NCBI GenBank assembly: GCA_964637695.1
Contig: CAZWVF010000002.1
Location: forward strand, 3,445 to 67,444
Source of the DNA: an uncultured Gemmatimonadota bacterium
GTDB taxonomy: Bacteria; Blakebacterota; Blakebacteria; Blakebacterales; Blakebacteraceae
DNA: 64,000 nucleotides
Direction: 5' to 3'
The first letter of the stretch is position 1, and each line of letters begins with the position of its first letter. Below are positions 27,990 to 38,397 of this stretch, piece by piece. The notes under the pieces are model-generated. The model worked only from the letters and a program-made list of their open reading frames with translations. It was not told the origin of the DNA and searched no databases. Both the position numbers and the translations under genes were made by a program.

Positions 27990-29025
27990 CGTCTTGTTTT
28001 TCTGCCGCCTGCACCGCCGGTTCGATCAGAATATGTTCTGCCTGTTCATGCCTGAGAGCAACCAGGGTTCCGCGTACTTTATAGGCCCGGGGGTCTCCGA
28101 ATGGTCCGGTCCTCTCCACCTCAACTCTGGCTCCCGGAGTGAATCCCAGATCGAGCAGACGCCTTCGCGTCAGGCCCCTGCACTCATCGCCGATGGCCTT
28201 CACAACACTCTCCGTCCCCATATCCAGATCAGAGAGAAGCATGAAGGGACCTTCTACCGCAGTTACCTCCGGCAGTGGCGCCACGGTGATGTTGGCAGCC
28301 ACGACAGTAGCCACAACAAATTCACGGTCCCTGGTGAAGAACCGGACATGTTCGTCGGTCCTCTCCATTATCCGAACATCTTCACCCAGCCTGAATCCTT
28401 CGGCCACCAGTTGTGCGAACACCTCGGGGGGCTCATCCTCCAGGTGCACGATCCTGCCTGGAGTGTCGAGCGGCCACCGGGTGAGCGTTACACCCTCGGG
28501 TTCGGCGATCTCTCCATAGGCAGTCGGAATCGGATCGCCGTGAGGATCGTAGGTGGGATGGCCCAGCCGGGCTTCCAGTTCATCTGCTTCGGCCGGCGAG
28601 AGATTGTGTTCCGCTCTCTCGGCGCGTGCATGTATCTCTTCCTCTTTAACCTCTGTTTCGTCTGCAAGATATCGCTCCCACAACCTGTGGGCGCGCACAA
28701 CCTGAAGCGCATAACTCCGCCCTTCCACCGTAAGCACGTACGCGTCTTCAGCGGGACGAACGTAGCCATTTCTGATCAGCTCGGCGATCAGTTCTGTCGC
28801 TTCCCCAACAGTAATTCCCAGAACCCCTGCCAGGGTCTGGACGGTCGCAGGTTGCTCCTGATACTCACTCTCGTGCAGATGTTTGAGCGCATCTTCACGC
28901 CGCACACGGATGTTTATTTCACGGCTGAGTCGCCACTGCCAGAACCATCCCGATCCCGGGTGAAAGAGGGCCCAGAGGATGATCCCGACCAGCAGTGCCG
29001 TCAGGAGTGAATTGAGAGGATTCAC
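27982..29025 (-). CDS. DtxR-family metal-dependent regulator fused to FeoA domain(s), with a predicted N-terminal TM helix.
   Basis: DtxR HTH plus metal-site region ([20 protein letters not shown]). C-terminal SH3-like FeoA ([15 protein letters not shown]...[11 protein letters not shown]). N-terminus [15 protein letters not shown]. Overlaps the feoB G-domain ORF by 8 nt. Confidence 0.7.
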   Translation of the reverse strand: MNPLNSLLTALLVGIILWALFHPGSGWFWQWRLSREINIRVRREDALKHLHESEYQEQPATVQTLAGVLGITVGEATELIAELIRNGYVRPAEDAYVLTVEGRSYALQVVRAHRLWERYLADETEVKEEEIHARAERAEHNLSPAEADELEARLGHPTYDPHGDPIPTAYGEIAEPEGVTLTRWPLDTPGRIVHLEDEPPEVFAQLVAEGFRLGEDVRIMERTDEHVRFFTRDREFVVATVVAANITVAPLPEVTAVEGPFMLLSDLDMGTESVVKAIGDECRGLTRRRLLDLGFTPGARVEVERTGPFGDPRAYKVRGTLVALRHEQAEHILIEPAVQAAEKQDDA

Positions 29026-31445
29026 CTGAGGATGATCGCCTTCCTGACCCTTCTGAATTCTCCGACCCGGAGCTCGATCAGGTAGATGCCTGACGGTACC
29101 CTGACGCGGTTCATATCGTAGCCGTCCCAGTTAAAGTAATTCCTGTATATCTTGTTCTCCACGCTCCCCTCATGGATATAGTCGATAAGCCGGCCGCGGG
29201 CATCATACACCGATATCGTCAGGTGACTCCAGGTACCGGGAAGCTGAGAGAGATCGACGTCTATCCGGATCGGATCGGCCGTACCCGGATTGGACGGATT
29301 CGGATATGGTGCACCCAACAGATTACCGATATCCGGACCCCGCTCCGGCTGCTCAGTAACGGTCGCGGTCCAGGCTTCTATCCGTATGTCGTCTATCTCC
29401 CATCCACCACCCTGCGAGAAGTAATAGTTGGAGTACCAGCCGAGCCATAACCGGGGGGTTCCGGCATAGGGAGTCAGATCGATCTCCACCTCTTCCCACT
29501 CATTGCGCCAGCCGGTGGTGAAATAAATCAAAGGATCGGGCGGATTAACATTCGGCCTGGGATTAGGCGACGGAGCGATCGTGACCATCGCGAGATTCCT
29601 GGCTCCTATGGCGGGACGGCTGCGGAATTTGAGCACCGCACCATCGAATCCGTTGAGGCTGAATGGTGAATTGAGATCGAGCCGGTTCTCAAACTGACTT
29701 ATCACCCCTCCCGGAGCATCCGTAACAAGATGGGTTCCGGGCGGATAGCTCGAATTCGCGAGTTCGAAACCGCTCATCGTCCACCTGTCTGTGCCCTCTT
29801 CCCACCCCTCAGTGAAGACCACGGACGGTCTTCCTATCAGAACGCCAATCGTATCTGTCCGTGTATACCCATTGTCGGCATCCACCCTCAGAGCGAACTG
29901 CGCCTGCCTGCCAAGCGACATCGAACCGATCTGAAGTGTGAATCCTTCCGCAGCCTGCCGGCTCTCACCGGGGGCATAATCACCCAGATCGACGGTGGCA
30001 TCGGCAACAGCAGCACCGGTACCCAGAGCTTCAAGTGTGGCGACCGCTCCGGTGACCGGCTCGGAGAAACCGGCATTCGTCCACGTAAGATTCAGGAGAA
30101 CCGTTTCACCCGGTTCGGCGTATCCGTCACCGTCACCGCTGCTGTCATCTACATCGATGTCATCGGCCAGCAGTACACCGCCCGACATCCAGGCTGTCAG
30201 GTAGTTGGGTCCTATATGTTCCCCCACCAGAGGCGATATCCGGCTGGTCGGCGGCCAGAAATTGTCGAAATATGTTCCTACCTCCGGCACCATCGACAGC
30301 ACCCCTTCAGATCCGTATTGCCAGTCGACGGCATCCCCGTTCGTATGGTAACCGATCATCTCGGTTCCGGTACCGTAGGGGTAGTGGTTAAATCCAGATA
30401 ACCGGGTCGCCCACGCCCTGAAATCCTCGAACCTGTCCACCTGGGCCGGTGTATATCCCCAGGGGATGAGGTAGACGTTGCTGTGTGCATGATAGTTGAG
30501 TATAAACTGGAAGGGTCTGCCCAGCACGACATCGCGGACCGCCTGCGTTTCGGGCTCGCTGAAGGGAGCAGGACCCCGATATGTGCTTCTGGAGGGATCG
30601 GGGCTCGATCCCTGATCATCTTCCCCCCAGTGGAAACCGAAATTCCTGTTGAGATCCACTCCATCCTGGTACTGCTCGAAGGCCCCGCTGCCGTTGTTGT
30701 CCCGCTTGTTCTTCCTCCACATGCCGCCACCCCCGGGATCAGTTGCCTCGTTGTAGTAGTAACCGTCAGGATTGATGATCGGTACGAACAACAGCTCGCG
30801 AGAGGAGAGGAGATAATCCACGTCGGGATCACCCCCGGCGTACTTCCCGGCGATGTCTTCGGCGAAACCGAGCAGAAGCATCATCGCGATCGGCTCACGG
30901 GCGTGGATCATTCCGTTATAGAAAACAGCCGGGCGGTTCGGATCTGAAACCGAGGGAGAATCGGAAATGCGAAATGCCCAGATCGACCTGCCCTCGACCG
31001 AGGTACCGATGCTGAATTTCCGGCTGATGACAGCGGGATAGGCGTCAGCAAGCTGATCCATTACGGCTTCCGCTTCGGCCAGGGTGTAATACCCGCCCAT
31101 GCTGCCGGGTCCCAGAGATGCGTCGAGGCGGCTCGCAAACCAGGCTGCTGCATCGGGGTGAATGATTTCGGGTATCAGACCTATTGAATGAAGAGCCTGC
31201 AGTTCATCGGCGGTAACGAAAAGAGTGGCCTCACCGGCCAGCAGTCCCGCCCGGAAATCGATACCGAGCCGGGCCACTCTGTCCAGATCCTCCCGGCTCG
31301 CATCGGACAATCTGACCATCGCCACCGGCTCCCGCGTCACCTGAGCGGAAACCGGCGATGATGAAATAGCTTCTGCAGTTAAGACAGCAAGAGAGAGGCA
31401 TGCAGCCGGCCAGATGGATCTGCTGCCTCTGTGTATCTGCACCAC
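29022..31445 (-). CDS. Secreted M14 zinc carboxypeptidase with a T9SS type-A C-terminal sorting domain.
   Basis: Signal peptide. M14 motifs HAREP...NPDGY. The C-terminal approximately 80 aa ([18 protein letters not shown]...[23 protein letters not shown]...AIILR) match the Por/T9SS CTD pattern. Confidence 0.75.
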   Translation of the reverse strand: MVQIHRGSRSIWPAACLSLAVLTAEAISSSPVSAQVTREPVAMVRLSDASREDLDRVARLGIDFRAGLLAGEATLFVTADELQALHSIGLIPEIIHPDAAAWFASRLDASLGPGSMGGYYTLAEAEAVMDQLADAYPAVISRKFSIGTSVEGRSIWAFRISDSPSVSDPNRPAVFYNGMIHAREPIAMMLLLGFAEDIAGKYAGGDPDVDYLLSSRELLFVPIINPDGYYYNEATDPGGGGMWRKNKRDNNGSGAFEQYQDGVDLNRNFGFHWGEDDQGSSPDPSRSTYRGPAPFSEPETQAVRDVVLGRPFQFILNYHAHSNVYLIPWGYTPAQVDRFEDFRAWATRLSGFNHYPYGTGTEMIGYHTNGDAVDWQYGSEGVLSMVPEVGTYFDNFWPPTSRISPLVGEHIGPNYLTAWMSGGVLLADDIDVDDSSGDGDGYAEPGETVLLNLTWTNAGFSEPVTGAVATLEALGTGAAVADATVDLGDYAPGESRQAAEGFTLQIGSMSLGRQAQFALRVDADNGYTRTDTIGVLIGRPSVVFTEGWEEGTDRWTMSGFELANSSYPPGTHLVTDAPGGVISQFENRLDLNSPFSLNGFDGAVLKFRSRPAIGARNLAMVTIAPSPNPRPNVNPPDPLIYFTTGWRNEWEEVEIDLTPYAGTPRLWLGWYSNYYFSQGGGWEIDDIRIEAWTATVTEQPERGPDIGNLLGAPYPNPSNPGTADPIRIDVDLSQLPGTWSHLTISVYDARGRLIDYIHEGSVENKIYRNYFNWDGYDMNRVRVPSGIYLIELRVGEFRRVRKAIILR

Positions 31446-31452
31446 GTCAATC

Positions 31453-33213
31453 TCAATTTCCGGCTACTTCGTCCGCGTACCTGTTATAGCCGGCGATCTC
31501 TTCATCGATGGCACTGCGCACATACTCAACAACCTCTTCGAACGGGATCTCCGTCATCTTTTTAGTCGAACGCTGAACCACCTCGGCGACCCCCTTCTCG
31601 TACCCCTTCATGCCGACATTCACCCTGTAGGGCAGACCGAGCATGTCGGCATCCTTGAATTTCGTACCCGCCTGCAGATTGCGATCATCGTAGAGGACCT
31701 CAAGACCTGCCGCCTGCAACTGATTGTACAGTTCGTCAGCCTTTTTGACGATGCGTTCCTCCACCACATTTATCGGCAGCAGGTGAACATGATAGGGAGC
31801 GATAGAGGCGGGCCAGCAGATACCATCGGCATCGGCACTCTGCTCCATCGCCGCCACAGCAATCCTCTCCAGACCTATCCCATACGAGCCCATGACGACC
31901 GGTTTTTCTTCACCCTGCTCGTCCTGAAAGGTGCATCCCATAGACTCGGAGTACTTTGTACCCAGCTTGAAGATGTGTCCCATCTCGATAGCGGTAATAA
32001 TCCGGATTTCAGATCCGCATTCGACACACGCCTCCCCCTCCCTGACTGCACGCAGGTTTACATACTCCGTGACCTTCACATCTCTTTCCAGATTGATATG
32101 CGTGAGGTGGTAGTCGTCCCGATTGGCACCGGTGGCACCATCGAGAAGACCCTGCATTGAGTTGTCGACATATATCTTTACGGTGCCGGGAGCTTTGACG
32201 GGTCCTATGAATCCTGCCCGCGCCCCCATGATCTTCGTCACCTCTTCAGGCACGGCCGGCCTGACGGCCATTCCGGCAACCTTCATGGCCAGGCCCTCGT
32301 TGAGATCGTGACTTCCGGGAACGAGGAACATCACCGGTTCTTCCTCCGCAGTCATATAGAGCAGACTCTTTATCAGGTGTTGAGGTTCTATGGAGAGGAA
32401 TGCGGACACCTCGTCAATGGTACGCTGATCGGGTGTATGGACCTCTTCCAGCTCTCCATCACTGCCCTGATCGACTTTCCAGCTGGTGGCGGCCACCTCC
32501 ACGTTCATTACGTACCCGCAGTTATCACAGACGACTGCCCGATCTTCGCCGGCCTGGCTTTCAACCAGGAACTCCTGTGATCCTGTGCCCCCCATCAGTC
32601 CCGATGAAGCTCCCGCAACGAAGAACTTCAAACCGCAGCGTGCAAAGAGCCGGCGATAGGCCAGGGCGTGCAGATCGTAGCCCCTGTCGAGTCCCTCCTG
32701 CGATGTATCGAGGGTATAGGAATCCTTCATAATGAACTGCCGCGATCTAAGAAGCCCAGACCTCGGCCTCGGTTCATCCCTGAACTTGGTCTGGATCTGG
32801 TACCAGATCTGGGGCAGATCGCGGTACGACCTTATCTCATTTCGCACGATATCGCTGACAACTTCTTCGTGAGTGGGAGCCAGCAGCATGCCGCGGCCCT
32901 TCCGGTCCTTGAGCCTGAATACGTCATCACCGAAATCGTCGTTTCTGCCGGTTTCATCCCACAGGTCGATCGGGTTCAGTGCGGGGAAGAGGAATTCCTG
33001 GCCACCGATGGCGTTCATCTCTTCCCTTATTATCTGCTGAGCCTTCAGAAGGCTCCTCCAGAGAAAGGGGAGATAAGAATAGATGCCGGCCGCAAGCAGT
33101 CGTACCATCCCTCCCTTGAGCATGACTCGATGGCTGGTCACTTCGGCGCCCGCAGGATCTTCTTTTAGAGTAGGAATAAAACCTCTGCTCAACCGCATGC
33201 TGCCTCCACTCAT
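31453..33213 (-). CDS. proS: Proline--tRNA ligase (bacterial type with editing domain).
   Basis: 586 aa with class II aaRS motifs, the ProRS-specific N-terminus (FIPTLKEDPAGAEVTSHRVMLKGGM) and the anticodon-binding C-terminus. Confidence 0.85.
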   Translation of the reverse strand: MSGGSMRLSRGFIPTLKEDPAGAEVTSHRVMLKGGMVRLLAAGIYSYLPFLWRSLLKAQQIIREEMNAIGGQEFLFPALNPIDLWDETGRNDDFGDDVFRLKDRKGRGMLLAPTHEEVVSDIVRNEIRSYRDLPQIWYQIQTKFRDEPRPRSGLLRSRQFIMKDSYTLDTSQEGLDRGYDLHALAYRRLFARCGLKFFVAGASSGLMGGTGSQEFLVESQAGEDRAVVCDNCGYVMNVEVAATSWKVDQGSDGELEEVHTPDQRTIDEVSAFLSIEPQHLIKSLLYMTAEEEPVMFLVPGSHDLNEGLAMKVAGMAVRPAVPEEVTKIMGARAGFIGPVKAPGTVKIYVDNSMQGLLDGATGANRDDYHLTHINLERDVKVTEYVNLRAVREGEACVECGSEIRIITAIEMGHIFKLGTKYSESMGCTFQDEQGEEKPVVMGSYGIGLERIAVAAMEQSADADGICWPASIAPYHVHLLPINVVEERIVKKADELYNQLQAAGLEVLYDDRNLQAGTKFKDADMLGLPYRVNVGMKGYEKGVAEVVQRSTKKMTEIPFEEVVEYVRSAIDEEIAGYNRYADEVAGN

Positions 33214-33246
33214 CGTAGTATCTGGACTTACAAGACTCTTCCTGAA

Positions 33247-34770
33247 TCAAAACCGGGATGCAACCAGCATCCCTTCGGCATCGATAAAAAAGACTCTGTT
33301 CTTTTCGCTGTCGACAGAGAATGCCGGCAATTCCGTATTAATCTGAACCGAACCACCGATATTCCCCGCCGGAAGATCCACCATCTGTATCGCGGCATTC
33401 CCCTCCAGGGAGGTTACCAGCCACAGTACCGCGGGATCGCCGTCACTGCCGGCACCTGAAAGATGGAAAAGATCATCTCCCGTCAATCTATTCCCTGAGG
33501 AAAAGAATGACCGGGGTGGAGCGGCGATCTGGAGCGACCAGGAGGTTTCCCCCCTCTCATTTACCCGCAGCAGTTCGCTCCCCCTCGATCCGATCTTCAC
33601 GAATAGTATTCCACCGGACAGGACTTTCGCATATTCGTAATCGTTTCTGGAGGGCGCCCTGTACCGGTTTGATTCCCTGGCGATCCTTCTGCCGTCGATC
33701 ATGGCCCAGAGAGTGGTACGCCCCCTGCTTTCGCCGATCAGAATCCCGCTCTGCGTCCAGCAGATGGCCAGAGGATTATCGGATGCAATCCTCGGAGCAG
33801 AGCGCCAGCGCTCTTCACCTGAATTACGGTGAATGAGCTGGATCCGACTTCCATCGGAACGCAGTGCAAGCAGCCATGGATTCTGTTCCTTCACAGGCAG
33901 CCATGGATCGTCGAGCATCCACTGCACCCCACCGCTGCCGCGATCGATCCTGAAGATCTTCTCACCGGTGGCAAAGAGCAGCTCGCCTGTTGTGCTCAGC
34001 CTCAAATCCTCCTCTTCCCCTTTTAAATACCCGACCCATTTCAGATCCCCGTTTTCGAGATCGTGCGACGAAACAGAGATCGTTCTTTCCCTTCGATCGA
34101 CACGGAAAAGGCGATCGGAGATGATCGAGTAATGCCTGTCGGTTGAAATGACGTGTTCGGAGTCCGCTTCCTCTATTTCCCCAAGATCGAGACGCCACTC
34201 CCTCTGCCCGCTCGAAAGCGACAGGGCCTCAATAGAACCAGAACCACTGTCACTCCGGAAGATGGTTACAACCCTGTTCTTCTCTGCAACGACCTGTACC
34301 GACAGGCACCGGCCTGAAACGATACCCGTATTCCAGAACATATTCCCCGTGTCGGCGTTCAGGTAATGCAGGCCGTATGAGGAGCCATCCCTCAAACCGG
34401 ATGAAGGCGGAGGCCGGTCGAAGTTACGCATGACAATGATATTTGATGAACCGGGTATCTCTTTTATCAGCACCGACGAGGCACCATCTCTGGCCACCGA
34501 CCACTTCGGCTGTCCGTTTTCGGAATCGTAACCATCGATAGTGCGCGACCCGATACGCACAACGGTCGCTTTCGAAATACTCTCTATCTTCTCAGTCCGG
34601 TCTGCTACGGCCCGCTCCCAAAGTCGTGTAACCTGCCGGGGAGAGCTCCCTCTGTCTGAAGAATGATCCCCTGAGTAAATATCAGGCCATGAAGAAACCG
34701 CCAGCAGGGGAAAGAGAAAAATCGCCATTTGCGTGGAGCATCTCTGTCTGATCCGGGATATCATCTGCAC
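33247..34770 (-). CDS. Secreted PQQ-like/BamB-like beta-propeller repeat protein.
   Basis: Signal peptide with repeated G..W-containing blades (PKWSV, REWRL, LKWVGY, VQWMLD, ERWRS, TSWSL). Confidence 0.45.
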   Translation of the reverse strand: MQMISRIRQRCSTQMAIFLFPLLAVSSWPDIYSGDHSSDRGSSPRQVTRLWERAVADRTEKIESISKATVVRIGSRTIDGYDSENGQPKWSVARDGASSVLIKEIPGSSNIIVMRNFDRPPPSSGLRDGSSYGLHYLNADTGNMFWNTGIVSGRCLSVQVVAEKNRVVTIFRSDSGSGSIEALSLSSGQREWRLDLGEIEEADSEHVISTDRHYSIISDRLFRVDRRERTISVSSHDLENGDLKWVGYLKGEEEDLRLSTTGELLFATGEKIFRIDRGSGGVQWMLDDPWLPVKEQNPWLLALRSDGSRIQLIHRNSGEERWRSAPRIASDNPLAICWTQSGILIGESRGRTTLWAMIDGRRIARESNRYRAPSRNDYEYAKVLSGGILFVKIGSRGSELLRVNERGETSWSLQIAAPPRSFFSSGNRLTGDDLFHLSGAGSDGDPAVLWLVTSLEGNAAIQMVDLPAGNIGGSVQINTELPAFSVDSEKNRVFFIDAEGMLVASRF

Positions 34771-34803
34771 ACTCCGGCAGGAGAAGAAATAAATAGAGGA
34801 AAT

Positions 34804-34880
34804 CTGGTACCCCGAACAGGATTCGAACCTGTGACCTCATGCTCCGGAGGCATGCGCTCTATCCAACTGAGCTACCGGGG
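34804..34880 (-). tRNA. tRNA-Arg (anticodon CCG).
   Basis: Minus-strand GCCCCGGTAGCTCAGTTGGATAGAGCGCATGCCTCCGGAGCATGAGGTCACAGGTTCGAATCCTGTTCGGGGTACCA forms a cloverleaf with anticodon loop CUCCGGA and an encoded CCA. The acceptor stem has G.U pairs at 1:72 and 7:66. Confidence 0.85.
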
Positions 34881-34957
34881 CAGGTTTCTGTTTATCGAGG
34901 GAGCCAATTAACTGCCATATGCAGTGATTAGAAACATTCAATTATTATTTATAGTGT

Positions 34958-35142
34958 CTAGGAGCCTGTCGGAGTAAGCCACCGGCTGCGGTCTGCGCCG
35001 GCAACCGGCCGACGGCGTTGGCTTTCGCCGGATGTCCTCAACGTAGCACAGTGGCTACGTTTCCGGGCCTCCGGCTCAGCCGCCTGGTCGGGCCGGCGCC
35101 AGAGCAAACCTCGCGTTCGCCGGTTACTCCGACAGGCTCCTA
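34958..35142. repeat. MITE-like element copy 2 (identical to 11145..11330).
   Basis: The same 184-bp sequence with 20-bp TIRs. It lies between the 3' end of the HTH gene, whose TAG stop overlaps the element terminus, and the 5' side of tRNA-Arg(CCG). Confidence 0.8.
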
Positions 35143-35373
35143 ACGCGGTAGTACTTCTGACGCAGTTTCAGATTGAGCAATATTCAGCTCACTCTCCCTC
35201 TCACCACCCGTAGACAGGAATTCCTCGAATTCGTCCTTCATAATCAGATAGCGGCCGCCGACCCGCAGGCCGGGCACAATTCCGCTCTTGATATACTTCA
35301 GTACTGTCTGGCGCGACACACCCAGTATCTCTGCTACTTCGCTGACGAAATAGACCCGCCGCTCGACATCCAT
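35140..35373 (-). CDS. Excisionase-family (HTH_17/MerR-like) DNA-binding protein.
   Basis: VYFVSEVAEILGVSRQTVLKYIKSGIVPGLRVGGRYLIMKDEFEEFL. Start taken at the internal Met (MDVERR). The ORF track gives 35433. Confidence 0.6.
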   Translation of the reverse strand: MDVERRVYFVSEVAEILGVSRQTVLKYIKSGIVPGLRVGGRYLIMKDEFEEFLSTGGERESELNIAQSETASEVLPR

Positions 35374-35553
35374 CGTGCGACTCCCTTTCGTGTTCTTCAA
35401 CAGACTACACTCACAAATGGTCGTGAGGGTCACTGTATCGTAAAGATGAAACGTTTACAGCGCTTTTTCTAACTTGTCAATCTTATTTTGACATAAATAA
35501 ACGTAGTTGAACCTCAGTGCACCATTCCGTGATTACGGTTGATATCCAGACAA

Positions 35554-36939
35554 CTACACCTGTGTTGAAGCCTCCACAACGGCTCCCAGGGCCCCGAGTA
35601 CTTCCGGGTCGAAATACCTGTTGACTTTCCCTTCCATGAACCTGACTGCAGCAACAGGATCAAGGCCTCTTCGATAGGGCCGGTCGGAAATAAGCGCATC
35701 GTAAACGTCTGCCGTGGAGAGAATTCGTACCTCGCGGCTCAAATTATCCTCTTTCAGCCGATTGGGATATCCGGAACCGTCGAGTCTCTCATGATGATTA
35801 TCTATCCAGGCCCCAATTTCATTAAATACACTGCCGGCGTACCCAATTATCCTCCTTGTATAGTCTATATGTTTCTTTGCCTGTTCGTACTCGGGTCCGG
35901 TCAGCCACTTCGGCTTGTCAAGCACCTGGTTGCTCACACCGGCTTTGCCAAGGTCGTGCGCCATGCCCGCTATTCCGAGCGAAGCCGCCAGGTCTTCTGC
36001 CATTCCCAGCTCAAGAGATATCAGATAAGCAGTACGTGCAACATTCCATGAGTGGTTCTGCCTGTAGGGTGATTTGCCGTCTACAAGGCCGACCAGCATG
36101 GATAAGAAGGCAGCCAGCTGACCATATGTGACAGCCAGCTTCTCATGAGGTATCCGGCTGAGCAGCTGCTTACTCACCTGACCGCCGGTGAAAATCCCCC
36201 AGAAACGGACATTCTGGCTGATGTCCACCAGCACCTTTGCTTCAGCTGGTCCGATCTGTTTTCCGGAGAGTTTCATCGATTCCGACCGAACGAATTCCGG
36301 ACTGTGTCCTCTTTCACCAGCCGATGCTATGGCAGTCTCCAGACAGTCTGCAGCCGTCATGACCCTCTGGACCAGGGGGATATCGTCACCCCTTATCCCG
36401 ACCGGGTACCCGTGTCCGTCATATCGTTCGTGATGACCCTGAACGAGGGTTGCGACGGAAGGCGGCAAGGGCAGTTCCTCCAGAATGGCACTGCCATCTG
36501 TGACATGCTGGATCAGGAGTTCTGATACCTTCTCTATACTCCCTTTGCGGACGTGGATTGCCAGATCCTCAACTGCGTCGAGAGGGTGATTCACCAGCAG
36601 TTCCGACTCGAGAGAACTGGTTATTTCTGTCAGTTCGTGGGTAATCTTGAAGAGGCCGACGTCATGGAAAAGTGAAGCCAGAGTGACATCAACCACATCT
36701 TCGGCATCCAGTTTCAGACCGACGGCCAGTTCCTGAGCTATATAAGCAGTCCGCTGGGCATGTCCGAAGGCGTGCCCTTCCACAAGATCGATAGCGGCGC
36801 CATAGATAAACCCGATATCGGCCAGATTCAGTTCAGTCGCAACTTTCTGATCTGTTCCTGCCTTACTGCCTGCAGGCAATTCTCCTTCGCCTTCCTCGTA
36901 AATGAGGTTCCAGATTTTTTTCAGAAAATCACGGCTCAT
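35554..36939 (-). CDS. Tandem HD-GYP domain protein (putative cyclic-di-GMP phosphodiesterase).
   Basis: Two HD domains, each with an HHERxDGxGYP motif (HHERYDGHGYP and HHERLDGSGYP) and HD dyads (FHDVG, AHDLGK). Confidence 0.75.
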   Translation of the reverse strand: MSRDFLKKIWNLIYEEGEGELPAGSKAGTDQKVATELNLADIGFIYGAAIDLVEGHAFGHAQRTAYIAQELAVGLKLDAEDVVDVTLASLFHDVGLFKITHELTEITSSLESELLVNHPLDAVEDLAIHVRKGSIEKVSELLIQHVTDGSAILEELPLPPSVATLVQGHHERYDGHGYPVGIRGDDIPLVQRVMTAADCLETAIASAGERGHSPEFVRSESMKLSGKQIGPAEAKVLVDISQNVRFWGIFTGGQVSKQLLSRIPHEKLAVTYGQLAAFLSMLVGLVDGKSPYRQNHSWNVARTAYLISLELGMAEDLAASLGIAGMAHDLGKAGVSNQVLDKPKWLTGPEYEQAKKHIDYTRRIIGYAGSVFNEIGAWIDNHHERLDGSGYPNRLKEDNLSREVRILSTADVYDALISDRPYRRGLDPVAAVRFMEGKVNRYFDPEVLGALGAVVEASTQV

Positions 36940-36954
36940 GGCAGTTCAAACTGA

Positions 36955-37050
36955 TCAGCGTACCTTCTTCTTGTGACGATTGGCCCTCATCCGCTTCTTT
37001 CTTTTGTGTTTTGCGATTTTCTTTCTCTTACGCTTCTTGCCGCATGGCAT
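36955..37050 (-). CDS. Small highly basic protein, bS22/AURKAIP1-like ribosomal protein candidate (31 aa).
   Basis: Manual translation MPCGKKRKRKKIAKHKRKKRMRANRHKKKVR with GGGAGGA about 10 nt upstream of the ATG. It is below the ORF-track size cutoff. Composition resembles bS22 of Bacteroidota/Actinobacteria. Confidence 0.45.
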   Translation of the reverse strand: MPCGKKRKRKKIAKHKRKKRMRANRHKKKVR

Positions 37051-37140
37051 TACAACTCTATCCTCCCATTGAATTTCGAACCTATATCCTTCCTTAAAGA
37101 CGTGATAAGGTAGGAAGTGTCCGTGGGAGATGAAAGCCCT

Positions 37141-37434
37141 TTATATCAGTGGCCTCTCCCTGTCTGCCACCGCATCCTTCAGATCCCGCGAGGGTTTGAA
37201 GGTGGGAACAAACTTGGCCGGAATATCTACAGGCTCCCCCGAACGGGGATTTCGAGCCCGGCGTGCCGCCCTCTCCTTGATCTTGAACGTACCGAAGCCG
37301 CGGATCTCGACCGTCTCACCCGAAATCATTGCCGCCTTGAGGGTCTCCAGCATTCCCTCGACAACAAGTGCGGTGTCAGTCTTGGTCAAACCGGTCATTT
37401 CAGCTATAGCTTCGACGATATCGGCCTTAGTCAT
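37141..37434 (-). CDS. hup: HU/IHF family DNA-binding protein.
   Basis: MTKADIVEAIAE...RGFGTFKIKERAARRARNPRSGEPVDIPAKFVPTFKPS, a classic HU fold sequence. Confidence 0.9.
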   Translation of the reverse strand: MTKADIVEAIAEMTGLTKTDTALVVEGMLETLKAAMISGETVEIRGFGTFKIKERAARRARNPRSGEPVDIPAKFVPTFKPSRDLKDAVADRERPLI

Positions 37435-37452
37435 GCCGAATTTCTCCTTCGG

Positions 37453-38361
37453 TTAGCGCATAAGATAGAGCACTCGGGGCCCGTCCAGCGGACCCAGTCC
37501 AAGCTCCGTTTTAATCTCATCAACTCCCGCCCTGCCCATTATCAGATCCCATATTGTCAGCCTGCGCGGCCTGCCCGGGCGGATCAGATCGGGATCCTCC
37601 CCCAATCCGGCCATCGTTCCAACCAGAGCCCGTGCGTCGTGCATATCCCCGGTCCGGTCTGCAAATCCCCATTCTACAGCCTGCCGTCCGGTAAAGACAC
37701 GCCCATCCGCGTACACTTCGAGAACTCCGTCTTCCAGATCCCGGCTCGTGCGAACGACTTCGAGGAATTGATCGTAGCTGTCATTGATTACTTCTTCAAA
37801 CCACGCGCGATGGCTTTCAGTCGGTTCCTCGAAGGGATTCCCCATATCCTTGTAAGGCCCGCTGGTAATCGTTTCCCACCTCACCCCCACTTTATCCATT
37901 ATCCCCGTGAAAACCGGATACTGCAGGATCACTCCGATACTGCCTGTCAAACTGCCTGGATGGGCTATGATGGTATCGGCGGCACACGCCACGTAGTATC
38001 CACCGCTGGCGGCAACGGCTCCCATATAAGCCACGACAGGTTTATTGTTTTCATGCCTGGCCCGCAGGAGTGCCCGATAGATTTCGTCGGATCCTACAAT
38101 CGTGCCGCCGGGGCTGTTGATCTTGACCAGCAGACCCTTGATATCTTTCCTCGATGCGTAATCGTCGATAAGCTTGACGATGCGTTCCACGCTTTTAATC
38201 TGTCCCTCAACCTCTATCAGACCAATCGCCGGAGACCAGCGGAATTCGAAACCACCCATCAGCGAAGCCGCTCCCCTGATCGCGATCAGAAAGAGGGCAA
38301 GGAAAAAGACTGCAGCAGTACCGATCAGAAGTGTCCTGTATGTGGAATGTCTGCCTGCCAT
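37453..38361 (-). CDS. sppA: Signal peptide peptidase SppA (36K type).
   Basis: N-terminal TM anchor, a ClpP/crotonase-like fold, and the GYYVACAADTIIAHPGSLTGSIGV segment of SppA. Confidence 0.8.
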   Translation of the reverse strand: MAGRHSTYRTLLIGTAAVFFLALFLIAIRGAASLMGGFEFRWSPAIGLIEVEGQIKSVERIVKLIDDYASRKDIKGLLVKINSPGGTIVGSDEIYRALLRARHENNKPVVAYMGAVAASGGYYVACAADTIIAHPGSLTGSIGVILQYPVFTGIMDKVGVRWETITSGPYKDMGNPFEEPTESHRAWFEEVINDSYDQFLEVVRTSRDLEDGVLEVYADGRVFTGRQAVEWGFADRTGDMHDARALVGTMAGLGEDPDLIRPGRPRRLTIWDLIMGRAGVDEIKTELGLGPLDGPRVLYLMR

Positions 38362-38397
38362 TTTGTCCTCAGGTCGGAGCTGCTCATCTGAAGATGA

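Noticed and set aside
34804-34880. Possible pseudo-tRNA because of G.U at acceptor positions 1:72 and 7:66.
   Set aside because: All other cloverleaf elements (D-arm, anticodon loop CUCCGGA, T-loop TTCGAAT, encoded CCA) are canonical. G.U pairs are tolerated, so it is kept as a functional tRNA-Arg call.
37117-38391. 424-aa plus-strand ORF spanning HU and SppA.
   Set aside because: Antisense to two well-supported genes (hup, sppA). Spurious long GC-rich frame.
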